DNA from: Candidatus Eiseniibacteriota bacterium
GTDB lineage: Bacteria > Joyebacterota > Joyebacteria > Joyebacterales > Joyebacteraceae
Reading direction: 5' to 3'
Length of the DNA: 38,279 nucleotides
NCBI GenBank assembly: GCA_043819135.1
Contig: JBDRFG010000063.1
Coordinates: 1-38,279, forward strand
Within the stretch, counting starts at the first letter, position 1. Every line of letters begins with the position of its first letter. The notes beneath the pieces are model-generated. The model was not told the DNA's origin, made no database searches, and saw only the letters and a program-made list of their open reading frames with translations. The position numbers and the translations under genes are program-made. Positions 27,556 to 37,381 of the stretch are shown one piece after another.

Positions 27556-29353
27556 TTCCCGCCTCCTCGAGCGCTCTCTTGATCCTTCTGGCCGTCGCGA
27601 GGCCAACGCCCGGTACCTCCGCGATCTCCTCGGGCGTGCGCTGCACGATCGAGCGCACCGAGCCGAACTTCCTGAGCAGAGCTTCCTTGCGCGACGGTCC
27701 GACCCCGGGGATATCATCCAGGAGAGAGTGCCTCGCCTCGCGTTCGCGCAGTGACCTGTGATATGCGATGCTGAAGCGGTGCACCTCGTTACGCACCCGC
27801 ACGAGCAGCTTCTTGGCCCTCGAGTCCACGGGGATCGGCAACGGAGTCGCCCTTCCCCGTACGAAGACCTCCTCCTCGCGCTTCGCCAGCCCGACGAGCG
27901 TTACGCCTCTCACGCCGGTTGCGCGCATCGCCTTGGCCGCCGCCGACAGCTGGCCCTTCCCTCCATCGATGAGAAGCAGGTCGGGCAGCTCCCGTTCCTC
28001 CCCGACCAGGCGCTTGAGATGTCGTGAGACTACCTCGGCGATACTACCATAGTCGTCCCGGGCTTGCACTACCGTCCGGATGCGGTACTTGCGGTAGAGG
28101 GCCCTGTCGGGGCGCCCGTCCCTGAACGTAACGACGGTCCCGACCGGGTGGGCGCCGGCGATGCTGGAGATGTCCACTCCGGATATGAGTCGTGGCGGGC
28201 GCTTCATTCCCAGCGCCTCGCCCAGCTCGCCGACGGAGGTGGGAACGCGCCGGGCCTCGAACGTCCTCTTCAGCGCCTGGCGGGCGTTGTCGCGCGCGAA
28301 GTCGACGAGGAGGTGCTTCTCCCCACGCCTGGGGGCGCTGAGCGTCACCTTGCGGGGCGAGCCTCCGGCCAGCCACGTCTCGATGGCGTCTCGGTCCGGC
28401 GGGTCGCGGTCCAGCAGTATCTCGCCGGGCAGCCCACCCCGTGACAGGCTGTAGAACTGCTTCAGGAAGGTCTCCATGACCTCGTCGTCGTCGGTCCTCG
28501 GCCCCAGCTCCAGAGGGCAGCTCTCGCAGGCAACGAGCTTCCCGGCCCTCACTCGGACGACGGACGCCACGGCGTAGTCCTCATGTCGCGCGATGGCGAC
28601 GACGTCGCGATCGACCGGCCTGGCGCTCAGGACGCGCTGCCTGCGTCCCGTCTTCTCGATGTCCGCGATGCGGTCGCGCAGAAACGCCGCCTCCTCGAAT
28701 CGCAGGCCGCCGACCGCTTGCTCCATTTGTTCCGTCAGGAGCGACACCACGTCGTCTGCTCGCCCCTCCAGAAAGAGCGTGAGTTCCCGGACGATCCTGC
28801 CGTACTCCTCCTTCGACACGGCCCCGATGCAAGGTCCGAGACATCTCCCTATCTGGAAGTTCAGGCACGGTCTCGGGCGCTTCTTGAACGCGGCGCATTG
28901 CCGGATCGGAAAGACCTGTCTGATGAGCCTGAGAGTACGTCTCATGGCCTTGGTGTCCGTGTACGGACCGAAGTAACGGGACCCGTCCTGACTGACCACG
29001 CGCGTTACGTAGGCGCGCGGGAAATCCTCCGATAGCGTCAGCCTGATGAACGGGTATCTCTTGTCGTCCTTGAGTTTGACGTTGTAGCGGGGGCGGTGTT
29101 CCTTGATGAGGTTGGACTCGAGGACGAGTGCCTCCGTCTCCGAGCCCGCCACGATGTAGTCGACATTCTCGAACTTCGACCGAAGCACCTGCACCTTCGG
29201 GTCCGGCGACTCCGCCCCGCCGGTGTACGCCCTGAGGCGGTTGCGCAGGTTGAGCGCCTTCCCGACGTAGATGACCTTCCCGTTCCCGTCCCTGAGGAGG
29301 TAGACCCCTGGCTTCGTGGGCGGGCGCGGATGCTTCTTTCGTCCGCTGGGCAT
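27533..29353 (-). CDS. uvrC: excinuclease ABC subunit C
   Basis: GIY-YIG (PGVYL..YVGKA..R), four-Cys cluster, UVR domain, DGGKGQ, HhH GVGP. Confidence 0.96.
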   Translation of the reverse strand: MPSGRKKHPRPPTKPGVYLLRDGNGKVIYVGKALNLRNRLRAYTGGAESPDPKVQVLRSKFENVDYIVAGSETEALVLESNLIKEHRPRYNVKLKDDKRYPFIRLTLSEDFPRAYVTRVVSQDGSRYFGPYTDTKAMRRTLRLIRQVFPIRQCAAFKKRPRPCLNFQIGRCLGPCIGAVSKEEYGRIVRELTLFLEGRADDVVSLLTEQMEQAVGGLRFEEAAFLRDRIADIEKTGRRQRVLSARPVDRDVVAIARHEDYAVASVVRVRAGKLVACESCPLELGPRTDDDEVMETFLKQFYSLSRGGLPGEILLDRDPPDRDAIETWLAGGSPRKVTLSAPRRGEKHLLVDFARDNARQALKRTFEARRVPTSVGELGEALGMKRPPRLISGVDISSIAGAHPVGTVVTFRDGRPDRALYRKYRIRTVVQARDDYGSIAEVVSRHLKRLVGEERELPDLLLIDGGKGQLSAAAKAMRATGVRGVTLVGLAKREEEVFVRGRATPLPIPVDSRAKKLLVRVRNEVHRFSIAYHRSLREREARHSLLDDIPGVGPSRKEALLRKFGSVRSIVQRTPEEIAEVPGVGLATARRIKRALEEAGSGDSTSA

Positions 29354-29410
29354 GACCTCTCCGTTGGGTGTGTGGTTGCGTTCCGGGAGCCTCTTGACGG
29401 CCCTTTGGAC

Positions 29411-29440
29411 AGACTAGCCCCGCCCGAGCGCTCGTGTCAA
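29411..29440 (-). promoter_or_regulatory. sigma70-type promoter for the uvrC operon
   Basis: TTGACA-N18-TAGTCT. Confidence 0.6.
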
Positions 29441-29490
29441 CCGGCGCGGCCCATGGTAGGGGGACCGCGGGAGGCCGTCGGGGCGACCAC

Positions 29491-29559
29491 TGGGGTCGTC
29501 GCGGGCACTGGGGTCGTCGCGGACATGGGGTCGTCGCGGGACATGGGGTCGTCGCGGGC
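29491..29559. repeat. 4x tandem 17-18 bp G-rich repeat (core TGGGGTCGTCGCGG)
   Basis: Units start at 29491, 29509, 29526 and 29544. Confidence 0.95.
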
Positions 29560-29588
29560 TTGACTCGTCTGCCGGGCGATGGTATATT
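29560..29588 (+). promoter_or_regulatory. sigma70-type promoter for rpsT
   Basis: TTGACT-N17-TATATT with an extended TGn, abutting the last repeat unit. Confidence 0.75.
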
Positions 29589-29653
29589 GGCGATTTCAGT
29601 GAGTGATCGGCCCCGGGGTCGCCGGGGCGCCAAACGACCGCATGGAGGTGGTG

Positions 29654-29905
29654 TTGCCGCAGAAGAAATCCGCTATCAAGAGACGCAGGCAGGACGAGAA
29701 GCTGAACGCGAAGAACCGCGCCATCAGGTCCAGGGTGGCCACGGCCGTGAAGAAGGTGAACAGCGCACCCGTCGAGGAACGCGAGCCGGCCTTGAGAGCG
29801 GCCGTCTCCTTGATCGACAAGGCCGTCAAGGTCGGCGTCATCAAGAAGGCCACGGCCGACCGCAAGAAGTCGCGTCTGATGAAGGCCGGCCAGCGCGTCT
29901 CGTAG
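29654..29905 (+). CDS. rpsT: 30S ribosomal protein S20
   Basis: KSAIKR.RQ..NRAIRSRVATAVKK..IDKAVKVGVIKKATADRKKSRL; TTG start after GGAGGT. Confidence 0.93.
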   Translation: MPQKKSAIKRRRQDEKLNAKNRAIRSRVATAVKKVNSAPVEEREPALRAAVSLIDKAVKVGVIKKATADRKKSRLMKAGQRVS

Positions 29906-29927
29906 CACGTGCTTCCGTCCGAAAGCT

Positions 29928-29957
29928 CGCGCCCCCTCCCTGATGGGAAGGGGCGCG
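29928..29957. terminator. hairpin between convergent rpsT and proS
   Basis: CGCGCCCC.TCCC-TGAT-GGGA.GGGGCGCG with one mismatch; weak U tract. Confidence 0.55.
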
Positions 29958-29988
29958 TCTTGCGTACCCGCAGGGAGTCCCGGGTCGC

Positions 29989-31695
29989 CTACTCGAGAGT
30001 CTCGAGGATACGCAGGATGCCCTGCGTCGCATCGTCCACGGGCACCTCGGTAACCTCGCCCGTCTTTCTGATGCGGGCCTCGACTACTCCCGACTTGAGC
30101 CCCCTGTCCCCGATCGTGACACGCAGCGGCATGCCGATGAGATCAGCGTCCTTGAACTTCACGCCGGCCGAGTCATCTCTGTCGTCCAGGAGCACGTCGA
30201 TCCCCGCCGCCCCAAGTTCGGCGTAGAGCTTCTCCGCAATGATCTTGCACTCCTCGCTCTTCGTGCTGACGACGAGTATCTCCACAGCGAACGGGGCCAC
30301 CGACAGCGGCCACGTGATCCCGTCTTTGTCGTTGTGCTGTTCTATGATCGCCGCTACCGTGCGTGACACCCCGAGGCCGTAGCAGCCCATGATGAACGGT
30401 TTGGCCACGCCGTCCTCGTCCAGGAACGTCGCGTTCATGCTGGTGGAGTACTTCGTCCCCAGCTTGAACGCCTGGCTGACCTCGATGCCTCTGAACGAAT
30501 CCAGTTCTCCACCGCACTTTGCGCACCGGTCGCTCTTCTTGATGAGGACGATGTCGTGGAACGCCGTGGGAGTGAAGTCCCGTCCGGGATTGACGTTCCT
30601 GATGTGCACGTCCTGTGCGTTCCCGCCCACGACGGCGTTGACCAGCGGTTCCACCGTGTGGTCGGCGATTATCTCGATACCCTCGAGCCCAACGGGGCCC
30701 GCGAACCCGACGGGCGCTCCCGTGACCTTCTCAATGACGGCGAGTGGAGCCGGCGCGACCATGTCGGCCTCGAGAGCCATCGCCAGCTTCTCCTCCTGCA
30801 CCTCCCGGTCTCCCCTGACCAGAACCGCGACCGGTCTGCCGTCGACCTCGTAGATGATGGTCTTGATCAAACGCCATGGCTCGACACCCAGGAACTCGGA
30901 GACCTGCTCGATGGTCCTCGCCCCGGGAGTATCGACGCGCTCCAACTGGCCCGGCGATTCGTTCAGCTCGGGCGCCACGACCGTTCCCTCGGCCCGTTCG
31001 TCGGTCGCCGCGTAGCCACAGTCGCAAACGATGATCTCCGACTCGCCGGTGTCGGACAGGACCATGAACTCGTGTGAGTGGCTGCCGCCGATGGCCCCCG
31101 TTGCAGCCTCGACCGGACGGAAGGTCAGCGAGCAGCGTTCGAAGATGCGCGCATACGCGTCGCACATGTCCCGGTACGTCTCGTCGAGCGACTCCTCGTC
31201 ACGGTGGAAGCTGTATGCGTCCTTCATCAGGAACTCGCGCGAGCGAACGACGCCGAATCTCGGCCTGAGTTCGTCGCGGAACTTCGTCTGGATCTGGTAC
31301 ACCGTGAACGGCAGCTCCCTGTAGGAGCGGACCTCGTTCCGGACGATGTCCGTCACCACTTCCTCGTGCGTCGGACCCAGCGCGAACTCGCGGCCGTTCC
31401 TGTCGCGCACTCGCCAGAGCTCCTTGCCGTACACGTCCCATCGCCCTGATTCCGTCCACAGGTCGGCCGGGCTCAACACCGGCATCAGGATCTCCTGGCA
31501 CCCGGCGGCGTCCATCTCCTCCCTGACGATGGTCTCTACCTTGAGGAGCGCGCGTCTGCCCAGCGGAAGGTAGTTGTAGACGCCGGACGTTAGCTTGCGA
31601 ATGCACCCGCTTCGGAGCATGAGCCTGTGACTGGTGGTCTCGGCGTCGGAAGGGTCTTCCTTGTGTGTCGGAATCAGTGCCCTACTCCAGCGCAT
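29989..31695 (-). CDS. proS: proline--tRNA ligase (bacterial type with insertion editing domain)
   Basis: LGPTHEE, QIQTKFRDELRPRFG..REFLMKDAYSF, MGCYGLGVSR, anticodon-binding domain. Start at ATG 31695. Confidence 0.97.
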   Translation of the reverse strand: MRWSRALIPTHKEDPSDAETTSHRLMLRSGCIRKLTSGVYNYLPLGRRALLKVETIVREEMDAAGCQEILMPVLSPADLWTESGRWDVYGKELWRVRDRNGREFALGPTHEEVVTDIVRNEVRSYRELPFTVYQIQTKFRDELRPRFGVVRSREFLMKDAYSFHRDEESLDETYRDMCDAYARIFERCSLTFRPVEAATGAIGGSHSHEFMVLSDTGESEIIVCDCGYAATDERAEGTVVAPELNESPGQLERVDTPGARTIEQVSEFLGVEPWRLIKTIIYEVDGRPVAVLVRGDREVQEEKLAMALEADMVAPAPLAVIEKVTGAPVGFAGPVGLEGIEIIADHTVEPLVNAVVGGNAQDVHIRNVNPGRDFTPTAFHDIVLIKKSDRCAKCGGELDSFRGIEVSQAFKLGTKYSTSMNATFLDEDGVAKPFIMGCYGLGVSRTVAAIIEQHNDKDGITWPLSVAPFAVEILVVSTKSEECKIIAEKLYAELGAAGIDVLLDDRDDSAGVKFKDADLIGMPLRVTIGDRGLKSGVVEARIRKTGEVTEVPVDDATQGILRILETLE

Positions 31696-32311
31696 CTTCG
31701 TCCCCGTTCGTGCTCGCGTGCGAGCGGCTGTGGCCATTGCGGGTTCTCAGTCCCATGAGTTCATCGTACAACTCCTGGATCTCGTCGAAGCCGAAGTCCC
31801 GCATGTTGCCGTCCCATCCCCAGAAGTCGTCGAGCATCCTGTTCCCGGCGCATTCGTACTGATACGCCTGAGTGAACATCTCGAGCTTGTCGATCGCGCG
31901 CACGAGCTTCCCTTCGACCGAGGAACGTTCGGCAAACTCCTTCCAGAGTCCAACGTACTCGACGCCGCTCGCAATACCGGTGAAGAGACGCTCGAGTATC
32001 CTGAGTTCGGCCGCCTCCTTGACGTCCTCTCCAAGGAGCCGCGTTGCCGGCGCGTGGATGTCGCCCAGCATGTGTTCGGGCAGGTCGTGGATCAGCGCGA
32101 TCTTCAGGAGCTTCTCTCGGTCGAGGTCGATGTCGAGGCGGTCCGCGAGCAGCATCGCTATGAGCGCCACGGCATAGGAGTGCTCCGCGACGCTCTCTCC
32201 GTCGCGCACCCCTCTGACCCGCCAGCCCATGCGCGGTATGGCCTTGAGTTCGTTGCACTCCAGGATGATCTCAAGCAGCCTGGAGCAGCCTTTTCCTCTC
32301 CAAGTGGTCAT
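31682..32311 (-). CDS. HD-domain phosphohydrolase (YfbR/HDDC2-like 5'-deoxynucleotidase family)
   Basis: LKAIPRMGW, ESVAEHS, LIHDLPE..GDI, DKLEM. Confidence 0.85.
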   Translation of the reverse strand: MTTWRGKGCSRLLEIILECNELKAIPRMGWRVRGVRDGESVAEHSYAVALIAMLLADRLDIDLDREKLLKIALIHDLPEHMLGDIHAPATRLLGEDVKEAAELRILERLFTGIASGVEYVGLWKEFAERSSVEGKLVRAIDKLEMFTQAYQYECAGNRMLDDFWGWDGNMRDFGFDEIQELYDELMGLRTRNGHSRSHASTNGDEDALE

Positions 32312-32429
32312 CGACTCAGAAGCTCCTCAGTACGTCCGCAGAGCGTCCGTCCAGAACGCGTGACGACCCGCACTTGAAGTCGAGGTCGCGTTTCCTCTCC
32401 TGCAGTATAACCTCGCCCGTGCGTACTGC

Positions 32430-33257
32430 CTAGCTCTTCGGCACGCCCGCGCTCCTCAGACCCAGAACGTCCTGCATGTCGTACAGCCCCGGTTCGCGTC
32501 TGGCGGCGAAGCGCGCCGCGAGGACGGCGCCGACCGCGAACGCGTTCCCCGAGAGCGCCACGTGCTCGATGGTCAGCGTCTCGAGTTCCGACAGGAACTG
32601 AACCGTGTGGCGTCCGGCTATGGCTCCTCCCCGGACGGAATGAACTCCTATTTCGCCACGCTTCCTGCCGGCGCTCGGGCCGGACCTTCCCACCACCACG
32701 ACCGCGTCGCCGCTCTCTCCTCGAGCCCGAGCCAGGATGTCCGCCGCGGTGAGGGCCGTGCCGCTCGGAGCGTCCCTCTTGCCCCGGTGGTGCGCTTCCA
32801 CGATCTCGATGTCGAAGTCGTCTCCCAGCACCGCCCCGGCCCGTCCGAGCAGGGCGAAAAGAACGTTGGCCCCGACGCTCGTGTTCGATGCCAGCACGAC
32901 GGCAGTCGCGCATGCGGCCGCGCGCACGGCCGCAGTCTGCGCCTCGGACAACCCGGTCGTTGCGACGACGAGGCCCACGCCCGCGTCGGCGGCGAATCCG
33001 GCACACAGCGCGGACTGCTCGGGAACGGAGAAGTCGACGAGGACGTCGAACTCTTCGAGAGCGAGGTCGGCCGGCGCACCAACGACGAGCCCATCCGGAG
33101 AGCCCGCGCCGCAGACGTCGATGAGCTTCCGCCCGACGGATTCATGGTCGGGCGCCTCAAGTCCGCCGACGAGCTCCACACCTGCCGCCGCGGCGAGTTC
33201 TCTCGCGACCAGCATGCCCGTGCGCCCACAGATTCCGCTCACTACGGCACGTACCAC
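32430..33257 (-). CDS. dapB: 4-hydroxy-tetrahydrodipicolinate reductase
   Basis: GICGRTG, DFS, ATTG, ASNTSVG, EAHHRGKRDAPSGTA, FAVGAVLAA. Confidence 0.94.
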   Translation of the reverse strand: MVRAVVSGICGRTGMLVARELAAAAGVELVGGLEAPDHESVGRKLIDVCGAGSPDGLVVGAPADLALEEFDVLVDFSVPEQSALCAGFAADAGVGLVVATTGLSEAQTAAVRAAACATAVVLASNTSVGANVLFALLGRAGAVLGDDFDIEIVEAHHRGKRDAPSGTALTAADILARARGESGDAVVVVGRSGPSAGRKRGEIGVHSVRGGAIAGRHTVQFLSELETLTIEHVALSGNAFAVGAVLAARFAARREPGLYDMQDVLGLRSAGVPKS

Positions 33258-33415
33258 GTGGCCTCCCGGGTCGGCCGCATCGGGCGTCCGACCGCTGCCA
33301 GCCTTTGTGTGATCAGTGGATTATGCGGATTGTTCCGCTGCGAGGGTGCCCAAGTCAAGGGCAAAAGCCGAAGGTCGTCCTGGCCGGGGCGTGCATTGTG
33401 AGGCCGCGACCGCCG

Positions 33416-35758
33416 CTACGCGTCGTCCCGCGAATGCTCTTTGGAGAAGGAATCGAGGGTCGCGCGGACCGCTCGCGATATCTCAGACGGACCGAAGGGT
33501 TTCTGAAGGTAGGTCGCCGCGCAGCTGGAGAGCTTGGTAACGTCCTTTTCTTCCGGGAAGCCGCTCATCACTATGAGCGGGATATCGAACCCCTCCCTGG
33601 CAAGGTGCTCCCACATCTCCCTGCCGCTCATCTCAGGCATGACGACGTCGCTCACCACGAGGGAGACGTCCTCTGCCTGCCTCGCTTCCTCCAGGGCCTC
33701 GCGACCGTTCGATGCCACGACGACCCTATAGCCGCTGGCCTCGAGCGCCTCGCGGACCATCGCCCTGACACCCGCATCGTCTTCCACCACCAGGATGGTC
33801 TCGTTGTTTCCTGAGGCAAGGCCGGCGGGCTTCCTCTCGTCGATCTCCTCCTTGTCCGGAGGTCGGACCGGCAGGTAGATGATGAATGTGGTGCCCTTGC
33901 CGACCCGGCTCTCGACGTCGATGAAGCCTCCGTGACGGCGAGCGACGCTGAACGCGATCGACATGCCAAGACCCGTCCCTCGGCCGGCCTCCTTGGTGGT
34001 GAAGAACGGTTCGAAGATCCGTTCCTTCGTTTCTTCGTCCATGCCGAACCCGGTGTCGGCGATCTCGAGTATCTGGCAGAGCTCGATGCCGGGGACGGTG
34101 AAGCGGCGCGCGAGCGCGCCCACCGTTGCCATCTGCCGCGTGGATATCGCTATCTTCCCGCCGTCCGGCATCGCGTCCTTCGCGTTGATGGCGAGGTTCA
34201 TGATCAACTGGTTGATCTGTTGCACGTCTCCGATGATGGTGTCCATGTCGGACCCGAGGTTGAACTCGACCGAGACCTTCTCGCCCAACATCCGACCAAC
34301 GAGCTTCATCGTCTCAGTGACCGTGTCGTTGATGTTGACCGGGCCCGTCGTGGCGGTGTCGCGCCTGCTGAACGTCAGGAGCTGACGCGTCAGCGCTGCG
34401 GCGCGCTCGCTGGCCATGACGATCTCGCTCAGCCCCGGAAGCTCCCTGTACTCCGCGGGGAGCCGGGACATCAGGAGCTGCGCGTAGCCCTGGATGGTGG
34501 TGAGCAGATTGTTGAAGTCGTGCGCGACCCCGCCGGCCAGCTGACCGACCGCCTCCATCTTCTTCGAGTGATGGTATTCGGACTCGAGCTGGGTGCGTTC
34601 TTCGATCTCGAGCTCGCGCGACAGGGCTCCGGAGATGAGTCCGGAGACGACCTCGAGCAGCTGTCTGTCCTCCGTGCTCCAGGGCCTCCCCGACCTGCAG
34701 TGCTCGAAGCTCGTCCAGCCGGTGGCCGCTCCCTGCACGTTCGCGGGGATCAGGAGCAGAGAGCGGATTCCCGCTGCTCTCAATGGTTCCGCCTGCTCTG
34801 GCGGGAGCTGTTCGATGTCGTCCACCTGCACCGTTCTGCCGGCGGCCATTGCGTCGGCCCACTCGGGGATCTCTTCGGGAGCGAAAGCAGGCGCCCCGTC
34901 CTCGGCCGTCTCCAACTCTGCGTCGCGCCACTCGTGCGTAACCTCGCTGACGTGCTCCCCGGCCTGCCTCTTGAGCAGACGCACCCTGTCGAGTGACCAC
35001 CCGCGCCCGATACGCGCCAGCACGTCGTCCAGGTGCGCCGCCGGGACATCGTAATCCTGAAGGAGGATTGACGCGACCGTGTTGAGAAGCGACTCGTGAA
35101 GCACCTGACGCTCGAGGGCCTCTCGCGCCAGCAGGTTCATTCTGTCGACCCACAGGATGGCGCACATCGAGATGAAGAGGTCAAGGTCGTGATCCGTCAG
35201 TTTGGGAACCTGGGCCGGATCCTCGGACATCGTGCCCGCCACCAGAACCGTCTCCATCTGCCCGTGACGCGTGTTGGGTATCCACACGAAGAAGGGCAGC
35301 CCGAGCGCCGATCGGACCTGTTCGATCCACGGCTCTCCCGGCGTCTCGCCGTTGACCAGCTGAGGTTTGGACCACGCCTCCCTGCTGTCGGCCGGCAGCG
35401 TCAGGCAGACCTCCTGGCCGTCGGAGGTCGAGCCCAGCGCCGCGGTCTGACGAAGGCATGTTCCGGAGTCATTGAGCTCCAGGATCACGGCGCGCTTCAT
35501 CCAGAGCTCGGACACGATCGCCTTGAGCGCGATCCTGTAGAGCTCATCGAGAGAGGGCGCGCGACTGGTGCTGTACTGGAAACCTGTCAGGAAGCTGAAG
35601 GCCTTCCTGGACCGACGTACCTCCTGGGTCAGATGCATGACCTTGTAGTCAGCGCGCACGACCTCGCCGCCAAGCCTTTCGAGGCGAGACCTCAGCCCCT
35701 TGAGCTGGCGCTCGAGTTCGTCAGTCCGGGAATCCTTCTCTTCGATCGGGTCTGGCAA
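33416..35758 (-). CDS. cytoplasmic hybrid sensor kinase (coiled coil - GAF-like - GAF - HisKA - HATPase - REC)
   Basis: [12 protein letters not shown]-box, [29 protein letters not shown]; receiver motifs VEDD, SDVVMP, KPF. No TM segments. Confidence 0.92.
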   Translation of the reverse strand: MPDPIEEKDSRTDELERQLKGLRSRLERLGGEVVRADYKVMHLTQEVRRSRKAFSFLTGFQYSTSRAPSLDELYRIALKAIVSELWMKRAVILELNDSGTCLRQTAALGSTSDGQEVCLTLPADSREAWSKPQLVNGETPGEPWIEQVRSALGLPFFVWIPNTRHGQMETVLVAGTMSEDPAQVPKLTDHDLDLFISMCAILWVDRMNLLAREALERQVLHESLLNTVASILLQDYDVPAAHLDDVLARIGRGWSLDRVRLLKRQAGEHVSEVTHEWRDAELETAEDGAPAFAPEEIPEWADAMAAGRTVQVDDIEQLPPEQAEPLRAAGIRSLLLIPANVQGAATGWTSFEHCRSGRPWSTEDRQLLEVVSGLISGALSRELEIEERTQLESEYHHSKKMEAVGQLAGGVAHDFNNLLTTIQGYAQLLMSRLPAEYRELPGLSEIVMASERAAALTRQLLTFSRRDTATTGPVNINDTVTETMKLVGRMLGEKVSVEFNLGSDMDTIIGDVQQINQLIMNLAINAKDAMPDGGKIAISTRQMATVGALARRFTVPGIELCQILEIADTGFGMDEETKERIFEPFFTTKEAGRGTGLGMSIAFSVARRHGGFIDVESRVGKGTTFIIYLPVRPPDKEEIDERKPAGLASGNNETILVVEDDAGVRAMVREALEASGYRVVVASNGREALEEARQAEDVSLVVSDVVMPEMSGREMWEHLAREGFDIPLIVMSGFPEEKDVTKLSSCAATYLQKPFGPSEISRAVRATLDSFSKEHSRDDA

Positions 35759-35761
35759 CGT

Positions 35762-36982
35762 CTAATCCTCCGAAAGCACGATCAGCACGCCGGTCCAGTC
35801 GAGCGCGCGCGAGCCGCCCATGAACGGGGCGATCTCAACGCCGGAGTAGAATCCAAGAAGCGGCATCTGCGACCCGATGGTCTCCTGGATGATGGCGCCC
35901 TCTTCGGCACCCGCACCCGAGAAGCCGCTGGTCCTGCCGGCGCAGTCGATGTATAGCGCGAGGAACGGGTCGCCGCCCCCGACGCTCTTCAGCACGTTGT
36001 TGGACATCTCACGGGCCGAGCTGAGCATGTGCTCGTTGCTGCGGCGCATGACCTGAACCCTCTCGCCGGGCCCGAAATCGGACTCGAAGAGGACGACGGA
36101 GCCGTCGTCGGGATTCGCTGCCGCGATGAGCCTGTTGACGTACTCATTCTCGTTGAAGTCGCCGTAGGGGTCACTGCCGTAGTTGGCGCCGAGCGTCACG
36201 AGAAGCGAATACTGCTGCCAGTCGCGAGCTGCTCCGGCGCCGATGATGTCCTCGATGACGTCCAGCGCGGGACGACCGTCGAGCTCTCTGACGATCGGAC
36301 CGTCGATCCTGGTGATGGTGTGATAGTCGCTGGCCGGCTCGCACCCGTGGCTGATGGCGTGGTGGACGGAGCAGTCGCCAGAAACGACCACGCCCACCGC
36401 ATGCTGTTTCATCGCCCGGTCGTTGGCGAAGACGTGCGAGCCACTCCACTGGTAGTCATTGATCATCCCGCCGCCCAGCACGGGAGCGTGTCGTCCGCCG
36501 AGACCCCTCTCGACACCTTTGATGAGCTGGCTGGCGAGATTGACCGTGAGCGGAGGCGTCGACTTGACGGAGTCGTAGAAGAGCAGAATTGCCCGCGCGT
36601 CCTCTTCCGACCGCCCGGCGAGCATACGTCCGAGTTCCTCGCCCGCCACCTCTTCGCCGTCCCTGAGCCCGCCGACGGACATTGCGTCGAAGCGGATTGA
36701 ATCCGAGGAGACCACCGCTACGCCGGCCTCGTAACCGCCGTAGCTGGATTTGTCGTTCGTGATGACGCCGACGGCGGTTCCGCCGATCAACGTGCTCTCC
36801 CCGACCACTTCTCGCACGGCCTTGAGAAAGTTGATCGGATCATGGTTCCCACCACAGAAGGCCACGGTGAAGTCGCTTCGCTCCAGCGATCCGTTGGCCA
36901 TCGCCTTCTCCGCGCACTTGCGCCCGGCCTCGAGCGAGTCCGTAACATCCATGTACCCAACACCTGACTTCACTGTCTTCAT
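35762..36982 (-). CDS. stand-alone FIST N/C domain protein (NosP-like)
   Basis: LIGGTAVGVI, LGGG, SHGCEP, ELDGRPALD, YIDCAGR, GFYSGVEIAP. ATG at 36982 after AAGGAGA. Confidence 0.85.
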   Translation of the reverse strand: MKTVKSGVGYMDVTDSLEAGRKCAEKAMANGSLERSDFTVAFCGGNHDPINFLKAVREVVGESTLIGGTAVGVITNDKSSYGGYEAGVAVVSSDSIRFDAMSVGGLRDGEEVAGEELGRMLAGRSEEDARAILLFYDSVKSTPPLTVNLASQLIKGVERGLGGRHAPVLGGGMINDYQWSGSHVFANDRAMKQHAVGVVVSGDCSVHHAISHGCEPASDYHTITRIDGPIVRELDGRPALDVIEDIIGAGAARDWQQYSLLVTLGANYGSDPYGDFNENEYVNRLIAAANPDDGSVVLFESDFGPGERVQVMRRSNEHMLSSAREMSNNVLKSVGGGDPFLALYIDCAGRTSGFSGAGAEEGAIIQETIGSQMPLLGFYSGVEIAPFMGGSRALDWTGVLIVLSED

Positions 36983-37112
36983 TGCGCTCTCTCCTTCTCG
37001 CGCCGACAGCGCGGGCACCGCTGTTTCCGGGGTGAGCCCGCGCCGCGTCCGACGCTCCCTTGCCACCTGCGCGCTCGAATTCCGGCGCGCGGACCTGTCG
37101 CACCGGAAACAA

Positions 37113-37129
37113 AGCAAGACCCGTTCCAG
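37113..37129 (-). promoter_or_regulatory. putative sigma54 (-24/-12) promoter for the FIST-kinase operon
   Basis: CTGGAACGGGTCTTGCT versus consensus YTGGCACGN4TTGCW: one mismatch, exact GG-N10-GC spacing, 130 nt upstream of the ATG. Confidence 0.65.
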
Positions 37130-37309
37130 CGGGAAAGATCGAAAACCCCGGTTCTGGGGCGTTTGACCGGGGGTTGAGCTGGTTGACCCGGGGCTCGGAC
37201 GAACGGTCGCGCGCCCAATCGCACGTTGCAATGCTGGCTGGCAGCGACGTGGGCATGTGGGGTCAGAGTTTGAACAGGCGACGAGGCCTGGCTCCGGGGG
37301 GAAAACGAC

Positions 37310-37336
37310 GGGCGACGGCCGCGGTGGCCGTCGCCC
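37310..37336 (-). terminator. hairpin/terminator downstream of the KamA-like gene
   Basis: Perfect 11-bp stem GGGCGACGGCC / GGCCGTCGCCC followed by GTCGTTTT on the minus strand. Confidence 0.6.
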
Positions 37337-37381
37337 TTATGCTGCTCTCATCGGCAGGTGCGTCGTGTGCGCGCCTCCCTG

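Noticed and set aside
29491..29559. Possible mini-CRISPR array
   Set aside because: The units are separated by only 3-4 nt, there are no unique spacers and no cas genes.
33258..33415. Lysine riboswitch upstream of dapB
   Set aside because: The region is too short and lacks recognisable L-box motifs; only a TTGACT box and a small hairpin are present.
36983..37381. c-di-GMP or other riboswitch upstream of the FIST gene
   Set aside because: No GEMM-type or other aptamer consensus recognised; the sigma54 element and terminator explain the region.
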